Assembly (NCBI GenBank): GCA_964514415.1
Contig: CAZEQL010000002.1
Coordinates: 1 to 60,637, forward strand
Reading direction: 5' to 3'
Length of the DNA: 60,637 bases
Source: an uncultured Dehalococcoidales bacterium
GTDB lineage: Bacteria > Chloroflexota > Dehalococcoidia > GIF9 > AB-539-J10
Part shown: piece by piece, positions 9,260-16,936 of the stretch
Numbering within the stretch: position 1 is the stretch's first letter
How the letters are laid out: each line of letters opens with the position of its first letter
Notes under the pieces: generated by a model
Told to the model about the DNA's origin: nothing
The model's input: only the letters and a program-made list of their open reading frames with translations
Databases searched by the model: none
Program-made: the position numbers and the translations under genes

Positions 9260-9808
9260 TTAACCTCCCCTTTGATATATGGAAATAAAAGTGTCACCGT
9301 AGCGACGTTGTTTAACCAGATGTAATCTATCATAGTCAGAACTTAAGGGAAAGCGATTTGCGTGACAAACCACTACTCTAGCGTTTTCTCCTACTAATTT
9401 TGAGTTAGCAAGCTTCACCAATAACTTATTTGTAGAAGGGTCCGAGTAAGGCGGGTCTATAAAGACAACATCATAACTATTATTAAGGAAGGTCACTGCT
9501 CTGTTTACACTGCAGCAGTAAATATGAGCCTTATCTAATCCCCCTGTTTTCTCCAAGTTGTGTCTGATAATGTCACAACATTTTTTCCTATGATCAACAA
9601 AATCAACCCACTCTGCGTCACGGCTTAGAGCTTCAATACCTAAAGTACCACTACCAGCGTATAAATCAAGAACTCGCCCCCAACTGCTAGCAATATTCTC
9701 CAAAATAGAGGAAATAGCTTGTCTTGTTACATTGGTTGTAGGTCGAATTGAGTGCTTTTGCAGGGTTTTTAACCGACTTCCTTTTGAGTTGCCACCGGTG
9801 ACTCGCAT
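9260..9808 (-). CDS. rsmD: 16S rRNA (guanine966-N2)-methyltransferase RsmD
   Basis: LDLYAGSGTLGIEALSR and the FIDPPY motif. The coaD-rsmD pairing is common. Confidence 0.85.
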   Translation of the reverse strand: MRVTGGNSKGSRLKTLQKHSIRPTTNVTRQAISSILENIASSWGRVLDLYAGSGTLGIEALSRDAEWVDFVDHRKKCCDIIRHNLEKTGGLDKAHIYCCSVNRAVTFLNNSYDVVFIDPPYSDPSTNKLLVKLANSKLVGENARVVVCHANRFPLSSDYDRLHLVKQRRYGDTFISIYQRGG

Positions 9809-10003
9809 TCCGCTAACCTCTAGTAAGCTTTGTATTGTACTATGATTATGTCACTTGGTTCAAGTAACCTAGGCTTGTGTTATTGTTCAATGAAAATGCC
9901 ACCATCTCCTTCACATGGTGACATTTTCGCTTAACAGTTAGAGATGACAAAATCGTATAACATCAACAGCGTTAATTCGCAGCATTGACATTGCCTCGTA
10001 TAA

Positions 10004-10132
10004 TACGATACACTAGCTGAGGAAAAGGGAGATAAAAATCCACAGGCTATAACTCCTAAAAATGGGAAGCTAGCAGTGCGTGAAATTTGCTCCACATGCA
10101 GAACCAAGGTATTCAGAATAGGCGCGGCTTAA
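10004..10132 (+). pseudogene. C-terminal half of a DUF5679-like zinc-ribbon mini-protein; no start codon
   Basis: The frame reads DKNPQAITPKNGKLAVREICSTCRTKVFRIGAA*. Compare MKNPKVVTLKNGRPAVQGVCPVCGTKVFRIGKA* of the intact gene at 16500-16643. The first CxxC knuckle is missing. Confidence 0.5.
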
Positions 10133-10303
10133 TTCTCAACAGTTAGTCTAGATTAGACTAGCGAAGCTTCTTTCTCTGAAGCAATGTCACTCAGAGGAAG
10201 CCAAGCAACTTAATTGATGATAAAACAGCACTAAGGAAAGTATAAGCGCGAAGAAGGATTGTTTTGGAGGCTGTAAGCCTCCGCATTTAAGGAGGTGCTA
10301 AAG

Positions 10304-10570
10304 ATGGCATATAAAATTACTGATGAATGCATTAACTGTGGCGCTTGTGAATCGGAATGCAAAAATGAGGCAATAAGCGAAGGGAAAGAGATTTGCGTTA
10401 TTGACCTCGATAAGTGCACTGAATGTGTCGGCTGGTTTGAATCACCCAAATGTGCTGAGATTTGTCCTGTAGATGCCTGCATTCCCGATCCTGATCACAA
10501 AGAAACACATGAGCAACTTCTAGAAAAGTGGCATAATCTCCACCCGGACAAGACTCCAGTTGTTACTTAA
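10304..10570 (+). CDS. 4Fe-4S dicluster ferredoxin (YfhL-like)
   Basis: CINCGACESEC and CTEC...C motifs. GGAGG at 10291-10295 favours ATG 10304 over GTG 10295. Confidence 0.85.
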   Translation: MAYKITDECINCGACESECKNEAISEGKEICVIDLDKCTECVGWFESPKCAEICPVDACIPDPDHKETHEQLLEKWHNLHPDKTPVVT

Positions 10571-10581
10571 GATAAAGTTCA

Positions 10582-11583
10582 TCAAAAATTTCGGGTGAAA
10601 GCTTGTTTGCCATACTGAGGGATATTTCTTAGCTGGCTCCAAAATGATGGCTCGCTATAGGATCTTATAGCAACATAGCAATCACCACATCGGTTGGTTC
10701 GCGAAAAACCTTCAATCATCTCTTTTTGGGTGGAATACATGCTGCGATGCAGGGAACATGGAACGAAACTTCCGTCAGGCATTACAACAAAAAATCTCTT
10801 GCCTGCCTGGCAATTTGGCATGTATCCTTGCTCAAAGAACTTCAGAGTACTTAAAAGCACAGCTTTAGAATTGACTACATGATTACTTTCCCTCTTTAAC
10901 TCTATAAGTTCGTTAATGGATTGGCGTAAATTTTCCAATTCCTCTCGGGTATCAACGCAGTAATCCTTATCTCCTGTTCGCAGTGCAGTATATGCACTAT
11001 ATGATATAGCGACATCCCAGTCCATGGCCTTTTTTGCCAGAGGCAATATCTCTTTCAGATTAGCTCGCGTTATGGCTGTGTTCAAAATAATATCCCGGTA
11101 ACCAAATTTTGCTAACCGAGGAATTGTTTGCTCCAAGTGTCCATATAAACCCCGGTGTCGTCGAAATTCCTCATGTCGCTCATCAGGGAAATCAAGCGAT
11201 ACGGAAAACTGATTTACCCCAGCCTCATGCAACGGCAGATAATTGCTCTCATTTAGTAACACTCCATTGGTAACAAGTATCAAGTACGGCAGCCCATTGG
11301 ACTGTTTGATGGCCTTGACTATATCTACTATATCTTTACGCAAAAGTGGTTCACCGCCAGAGATTTGCACTACCGGCGGGTTCAGAAGTCGCGTTAAATT
11401 ACCATAATCATCTGGTTTAAGTTGCTTCTCATCCTTTATTATCCCACCAAGATCACAATGCCGACAGTTGCAATTACAAGAAAGCGTTACCTCGCAAGAA
11501 ACTACTAAGGGACGATTAGTTATATAGTTATAAAGTCCCCTTTTGCCCAGCTTAATTCCCTGCAACAGAGAAAGTTTTGCCAT
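10582..11583 (-). CDS. Radical SAM protein with a Cys-rich (SPASM/twitch-like) C-terminus
   Basis: CNCNCRHCD cluster motif. C-terminal CQAGKRF...CSLH...CGDCYV. The AGGAG SD favours the MAKLSLL start at 11583; the longest ORF starts at 11607. Confidence 0.75.
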   Translation of the reverse strand: MAKLSLLQGIKLGKRGLYNYITNRPLVVSCEVTLSCNCNCRHCDLGGIIKDEKQLKPDDYGNLTRLLNPPVVQISGGEPLLRKDIVDIVKAIKQSNGLPYLILVTNGVLLNESNYLPLHEAGVNQFSVSLDFPDERHEEFRRHRGLYGHLEQTIPRLAKFGYRDIILNTAITRANLKEILPLAKKAMDWDVAISYSAYTALRTGDKDYCVDTREELENLRQSINELIELKRESNHVVNSKAVLLSTLKFFEQGYMPNCQAGKRFFVVMPDGSFVPCSLHRSMYSTQKEMIEGFSRTNRCGDCYVAIRSYSEPSFWSQLRNIPQYGKQAFTRNF

Positions 11584-11593
11584 TTTTGAACTC

Positions 11594-12526
11594 CTATTTA
11601 AAACCAAGCATGCTGCAGTTGTCGAGTTTTGAGGGATAAATAAACTGCACCTTATCCATAACCTTTGCTAAGATAGAATTGGGGTAAAGCAGGGCCTTTA
11701 ATGGTTCATACACCTTCAAGAGCCTTAGTATCGGTATAAATAGCATAAGTAAACTTATGGTTTCCCTATAACAAACAGAAGACATATTTTTGAACCCGGC
11801 ATTCTTAAGGATATCCTCAAGGGTTTCTGTGGTAAATTGGTTGACATGAAGCCTCCTTACATTCCACCACCTCCTTCCAAGAATCCTCGCAGGCATCCCC
11901 CCAATATCTGGAGTTGATACCACCAGCAGCCCTTCAGGCTTGAGTATCCGGTGAACTTCTTTAAGGGTCACAAGTGGGTACGGAACGTGTTCCAAAACCT
12001 GCCATAGGGTAACTACATCGAAACAATTTTCTGGAAATTGTGCTTCCTCAAAGTGTTTTGCTTCTACATCTAAGCCAAATTCCCTTTTTGCGTATGCTGC
12101 TGCGTCTCGTGATAACTCAACTCCTTTAGTAATATATCCTGCCTTGGAGGCATTAAACAGGAAAAACCCCTCTCCACAACCCATGTCTAAAAGGCTTGTG
12201 CCATTCTTGTACTTTTTAATTAGTTGTACCTGTGATTTACTGGCTCGCAAGCGACTCCTTCGAACAATAGAGGCATCGCCGCCTTCCATCTCAGAGTAAT
12301 CCTCATTGATCTTGCTCGCTCTCTCAATGGGATTTACATATGTGAAATGACATTTCTTACACTTAACGTGCCTACCATATTTGCTTCCCGGTAGCATATA
12401 CACAGTCTCTACCCCTTCTTGGAAATCGCTATTTTCCATGTTAGATTCGAAAATCACCTCAAAGTCATTCTGCCCACAATTGGGACAATTGCGATATTCA
12501 AGCAGTGAATCCATCATCTCTTGCAA
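11594..12526 (-). CDS. Class I SAM-dependent methyltransferase with an N-terminal zinc ribbon
   Basis: CPNCG...CKKCHF, then LLDMGCGEGFF (motif I). Confidence 0.8.
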   Translation of the reverse strand: MQEMMDSLLEYRNCPNCGQNDFEVIFESNMENSDFQEGVETVYMLPGSKYGRHVKCKKCHFTYVNPIERASKINEDYSEMEGGDASIVRRSRLRASKSQVQLIKKYKNGTSLLDMGCGEGFFLFNASKAGYITKGVELSRDAAAYAKREFGLDVEAKHFEEAQFPENCFDVVTLWQVLEHVPYPLVTLKEVHRILKPEGLLVVSTPDIGGMPARILGRRWWNVRRLHVNQFTTETLEDILKNAGFKNMSSVCYRETISLLMLFIPILRLLKVYEPLKALLYPNSILAKVMDKVQFIYPSKLDNCSMLGFK

Positions 12527-12531
12527 CTTAC

Positions 12532-13323
12532 CTAAAGATGCTTAGCTTTGTCATAGGCAGCAGTAACAGCTTCGAGTAAGAGAGCGCGCAAGCCCCCTCT
12601 TTCCAACCGAAGAAGAGCTTCAGTGGTGGTTCCTCCCGGTGAAGTAACCATGTTTCTCAGCTCAGCGGGGTGTTTGCCTATCTTTTGCACGGCAAGGGTA
12701 GAGCCAATCATGGTTTGTATGACCAATTTTTGAGCTATCTCTCGAGGCAAGCCAATATGCACGCCGGCATCGCTAAGCGCTTCAATAAAAAGAAACACAT
12801 AAGCTGGCCCGCTTCCACTCAAAGCTGTAGCCATGTCTACATATTTTTCATCAGGAACATAAATTTCCTCGCCTAAAGCCCCAAGGACAGATTGCACCCC
12901 CTCCTTCTGTTTTTGGCTGACTTCAGCAGTTGCTGTCCACACAGTCATACCCTCGCCAATTTGCGCTGGCATATTAGGCATAGCCCGAACTACAGAGGAA
13001 TGGTTTAAACTTTGACATAAGTCAGGTAAATTAGCACCAGCCACTATAGATAACACCACTTGCTCCGGCGATAGATTCTTTAATCCCCCCATCGCCTGAG
13101 ATAAATTCTGAGGCTTTACCGCTAAAATAATCAAGTCGGCACCCTCTACTGCTTTCCCATTATCAGCTAAAGTGTTGATTCTATATTCTTGGCTCAACAA
13201 CTCACGCCGTGGTAAGCTAACATCGCTAACTACAATATCCCGCGGTACAACTACCCCCTTGGTCAGAAGACATTTAACCATCGCTTCTCCCATAGTGCCA
13301 CCGCCAATAAAAGTTATCCGCAT
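12532..13323 (-). CDS. proC: Pyrroline-5-carboxylate reductase
   Basis: ITFIGGGTMGEAM Rossmann motif and the C-terminal SPGGTT signature. Confidence 0.9.
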   Translation of the reverse strand: MRITFIGGGTMGEAMVKCLLTKGVVVPRDIVVSDVSLPRRELLSQEYRINTLADNGKAVEGADLIILAVKPQNLSQAMGGLKNLSPEQVVLSIVAGANLPDLCQSLNHSSVVRAMPNMPAQIGEGMTVWTATAEVSQKQKEGVQSVLGALGEEIYVPDEKYVDMATALSGSGPAYVFLFIEALSDAGVHIGLPREIAQKLVIQTMIGSTLAVQKIGKHPAELRNMVTSPGGTTTEALLRLERGGLRALLLEAVTAAYDKAKHL

Positions 13324-13331
13324 TTTTTCTC

Positions 13332-15776
13332 TTACTTCGTTACGATATTTACCACCCGCTTGGGAACATAAATAATATTCTCAATTTTCTTACTATTAGT
13401 ATAAGCTTTCACTCGTTCCCGCCCCAACGCCAGTTCTTTAGCCTCAGTCTCGTTGATGGAAGCAGGCACAAATACCTTATCCCGTAGCTTGCCATCTACC
13501 TGAATGACTAGTGTGATCTCTTCTTCCCGAGTTAGTTGTTCATCAAACTTGGGCCATGATTGATTGTGAATGCTGTAAGGATGCCCAGTCCTGTCCCATA
13601 ATTCCTCAGTAAGATGGGGAGCAGTAGGGGCGAGGAGAAGCAAAAAATAGCTAACGGCTTCTTGCCACAGTAAATCTGAGACTTTTCCTGTCTCTTTGAC
13701 CTTGGACAAATAATTGCTACATTCCATGAGGCTAGCTAGCATAGTGTTAAAACGGAATTTTCCCAAATCCTCGGTTACTTTCTTAATCGTCTTATGAGTA
13801 ACATAACGAAATTCTTTCTCTGCCCCAGGCTCGACAGCCTGTCTAATGTAGCTCGTTTCTACTAAGTTCCAAATCCTGTTTAGCCAACGGCTAATGCCTA
13901 TAATGCCGCTATCGCTCCATTCTCCACCCATCTCCCAAGGACCGATAAACATAAGATACCCACGAACAGCATCAGCCCCCAATTTAGCTACATATTCGTC
14001 CGGGGCGATTACATTACCCTTAGACTTGCTCATCTTGCTACCACGATAAATTATGATTCCTTGATTGAAAAGGCGAGTAAATGGTTCGTCAAACTCAACC
14101 AAGCCCATATCCCTCAACGCTTTAATAAAAAAACGGGCATAGAAGAGATGCATAACGGCATGCTCCGCGCCCCCAGTGTATAAATCCACAGGCAACCAAT
14201 ACTTCACCTTTTTAGCATCAAAGGGAGCATCATCGGTTTTAGGGCTGGCGTAGCGCAAGAAATACCAGGAGGAACACATAAAGGTATCCATGGTATCAGT
14301 TTCCCTTCGTGCTGGTCCAGAACACTTAGGACAGGTGGTATTGACGAATGATTGGCAATTTTTAAGAGGAGATTCCCCGGTGGGCTTAAACTCGGCATCA
14401 GGAGGAAGCAAAACAGGCAAGTCCTCCTCAGGCACAGGAACTATGCCACATTTATCACAATAAACCATGGGTATAGGTGCCCCCCAATACCGTTGCCTGG
14501 AGATAAGCCAATCACGAAGGCGATAGGTAATAGCTCGCTTGCCCCATCCTTTTCCCTCCAACAGATCGCAAATTGCCTCGGTCCCTTCCTCACTCGATAA
14601 GCCAGTAAACCCACCGGAATTTATCATCACACCTGGCCCTGTATATGCCTCTAACAACTCTTCACCTGGCCATCCTGGAGGAGCAATGACTGAGCGAACA
14701 GGAAGGTTAAATTTCCTGGCAAATTCAAGATCTCGCTCATCGTGAGCAGGAACTCCCATTACTGCTCCAGTGCCATAAGTCGGCAACACATAATCAGTAA
14801 TCCAAATAGGCACTCGCTCCCCATTTAACTTGTTGATGACATAACTCCCCAAAAAGACTCCTGTCTTTTCCCTACCCAAGGCTGTTCGCTCATATTCAGC
14901 TTGCCGCCGACACCAAGTAACATATCTCTCCACTTCAGCCTTGTGCTCCGAAGTAGTCAATTGAAAAACCAAAGGATGCTCTGGAGCCAGAAGAAAAAAG
15001 GTCACTCCAAAGATAGTATCGGGGCGGGTGGTAAATACCTTTATCTCCCTCTGCTGCACTCCCTCACGTTCCAATTCGAAGGAAATCTCAGCGCCTTCGC
15101 TTTTACCAATCCAGTTTTCCTGCATTATCTCTATGCGTTCCGGCCAGTCTATACAGCTATAGTCAAGGAGTTCTTCAGCATATTTGGTAATTCGGAAGAA
15201 CCACTGCTCCAAATCCTTCTTGGTCACTGGTGCACCACAACGCTCACAAAATCCCTCACTCACCACTTGTTCATTAGCCAACACTGTCTGACATCTAGGA
15301 CACCAATTAACTGGCGCCTTAGCCCGATACGTCAAATCAGCATGATAAAGCTTCAAGAAAAACCACTGCGTCCACTTATAATATTCGGGAAGGCAGCTAA
15401 TTATCTCACGGCTCCAGTCATAGATCGCCCCTATACTTTTAAGCTGACGCCGCATAACCTCTATATTTCTCGTTGTCCACTTATAGGGATGAATCCCATG
15501 ACTGATAGCGGCATTTTCCGCCGGTAATCCAAAAGCATCGAATCCCATGGGGTGAAGCACATTATAGCCCTGCATCCTCTTAAACCTAGCATAAACATCC
15601 GACGGAGCCATGGCATACCAATGACCAATGTGAAGAGCTCCCGAAGTGTAAGGGAACATAGTCAGAGCGTAGAATTTGGGGCGATTACTATCTTCTTTTA
15701 CTTCATAGAGGCGGTCAGTTGCCCACTTCTCCTGCCATTTCTTTTCAATTTCCTGAGGATCATACTTCTGCGCCAT
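13332..15776 (-). CDS. leuS: Leucyl-tRNA synthetase
   Basis: YTSGALHIGH (HIGH) and KMSKSKGN (KMSKS) motifs. The N-terminal YDPQEIEKKWQEKW is typical of LeuS. Confidence 0.95.
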   Translation of the reverse strand: MAQKYDPQEIEKKWQEKWATDRLYEVKEDSNRPKFYALTMFPYTSGALHIGHWYAMAPSDVYARFKRMQGYNVLHPMGFDAFGLPAENAAISHGIHPYKWTTRNIEVMRRQLKSIGAIYDWSREIISCLPEYYKWTQWFFLKLYHADLTYRAKAPVNWCPRCQTVLANEQVVSEGFCERCGAPVTKKDLEQWFFRITKYAEELLDYSCIDWPERIEIMQENWIGKSEGAEISFELEREGVQQREIKVFTTRPDTIFGVTFFLLAPEHPLVFQLTTSEHKAEVERYVTWCRRQAEYERTALGREKTGVFLGSYVINKLNGERVPIWITDYVLPTYGTGAVMGVPAHDERDLEFARKFNLPVRSVIAPPGWPGEELLEAYTGPGVMINSGGFTGLSSEEGTEAICDLLEGKGWGKRAITYRLRDWLISRQRYWGAPIPMVYCDKCGIVPVPEEDLPVLLPPDAEFKPTGESPLKNCQSFVNTTCPKCSGPARRETDTMDTFMCSSWYFLRYASPKTDDAPFDAKKVKYWLPVDLYTGGAEHAVMHLFYARFFIKALRDMGLVEFDEPFTRLFNQGIIIYRGSKMSKSKGNVIAPDEYVAKLGADAVRGYLMFIGPWEMGGEWSDSGIIGISRWLNRIWNLVETSYIRQAVEPGAEKEFRYVTHKTIKKVTEDLGKFRFNTMLASLMECSNYLSKVKETGKVSDLLWQEAVSYFLLLLAPTAPHLTEELWDRTGHPYSIHNQSWPKFDEQLTREEEITLVIQVDGKLRDKVFVPASINETEAKELALGRERVKAYTNSKKIENIIYVPKRVVNIVTK

Positions 15777-16499
15777 ATTTGCTAAAGTTTAACTCAATCT
15801 AAAGCGAATTAAAAGCCTTTGTACTCGCCCACATGATCAGTGATACTCTGCCTCCTCCCATTGCCATTGTGAACAGCGAAGCTTCGAAGCAAACCTTAAG
15901 GAAGAATTGCCTGATGTGCCACCCGTCTATCTGAACTAGATCACATAGGGCTTGCACTCCATAGGATTTTCCACGGCGCTAATCTGGTAGAATCAAAAAT
16001 AGGCACAGGGTATATCCACAAAGAGCATAAGAAGGGGAAGAGAAGCCAAAAAAGATTTGCCCGCAGAATTGAGGAGCAGAAGAAGAATTTCCTTAGAAAT
16101 GTTTACAAAAAATTGAAGAGAGATTTAAGATTTATACTTTGGATTACATCTTTCCCGGAGGGAACAGATTAATCCGCGAGCCATTATTAAAAGAGTGCCG
16201 CTGTCTTAAACAAGAAGCCGATAAAATTTCAGGAGGAATTTTGGCTATAACGCACACCAACACAGAAATAAAACTCAGCCCTCCAGCCAAGCCTTAGATT
16301 CAACCAACTAGAATGACAAGAAGGTGCAACACTACTAACCCTCCTAGCCTTCAGCACAGCTATACAAAACTCCCTTCGAAGGAAGGGGAGAATTAGGCAA
16401 GGCTAAATTCTCCCTCCCACCTACGAGGGAAACCTATAAAAGGTTTTGCACTTCGCTATAATTCCTCTAGACGTTCGGTAAAGACTATAAAATAAATAT

Positions 16500-16643
16500 T
16501 TAAGCTTTCCCTATTCTGAATACCTTTGTGCCACAAACAGGGCAGACACCTTGTACCGCCGGCCTACCATTCTTAAGTGTAACTACCTTGGGATTCTTCA
16601 TCTCCCTTTTCTGTCTGCACTTCATACAATAAGCTGTTGCCAT
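16500..16643 (-). CDS. DUF5679-like zinc-ribbon mini-protein (47 aa)
   Basis: MATAYCMKCRQKREMKNP...CPVCGTKVFRIGKA. The GGAGG SD precedes the internal ATG at 16643 rather than the longest-ORF start. Confidence 0.7.
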   Translation of the reverse strand: MATAYCMKCRQKREMKNPKVVTLKNGRPAVQGVCPVCGTKVFRIGKA

Positions 16644-16794
16644 TATTCCCTCCTTCCCAATTTTGTTTCCCATATTGTTACTACACGAACAAAGCTTTGT
16701 CAATAGTTTTGAGCCCATAATCCCTTATTTTGTTCACCTTTACCCTGTACATGATATAATTAGCATCAATTCAATATGTACAAGGAGGCAACAA

Positions 16795-16936
16795 TTGGTA
16801 AGAGACTTGAAGTTTATTGCTTGGTTTGATGAGCTCGCCAAAGAAGATATCGCTTTAGTTGGCAGCAAGGGAGTAAATTGGCTGAGATGACACGCGTTAA
16901 TATGGCAGTGCCTTCATATAAATCAGGAGGTAAATT
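16795..16936 (+). pseudogene. Fossil 5' end of a second ppsA-like gene, keeping its own promoter-like TATAAT, SD and TTG start and carrying one frameshift
   Basis: MVRDLKFIAWFDELAKEDIALVGSKG resembles PpsA MRFVKWFEEIGARDVALVGGKN. After a 1-nt shift, LAEMTRVNMAVPS resembles LGEMIRNLAKNGVNVPS. TATAAT at 16755-16760, AAGGAGG at 16782-16788. Confidence 0.5.

Noticed and set aside
9984-10003. TTGACA ... TATAAT upstream of the DUF5679 fragment, considered as a perfect promoter.
   Set aside because: The two hexamers are separated by only 8 nt, far from the 16-18 nt needed, so this is not a functional sigma70 promoter as spaced.
14901-15527. A 208-aa plus-strand ORF inside leuS. Similar long antisense ORFs occur inside hsdR (3492-3929), gyrA (43730-44227, 44423-45049), lysC (45774-46214), ffh (24163-24558) and the antiporter (52809-53276).
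   Set aside because: These lie antisense to, or are frame-shifted within, strongly supported conserved genes. Their composition is low-complexity and Ser/Pro/Leu-rich, with no SD and no recognisable motif. They are typical shadow ORFs.
15880-15960. A possible T-box leader for leuS. The minus strand reads GACGGGTGGCACATCAGG, resembling the T-box core GGGTGGTACCGCG.
   Set aside because: Only about 9 nt match. I could not find a specifier loop with a Leu codon, a stem I AG bulge/GNRA platform, or a terminator/antiterminator pair. UGGC would also pair with a G discriminator rather than the A of tRNA-Leu. An Infernal scan is needed before calling it.
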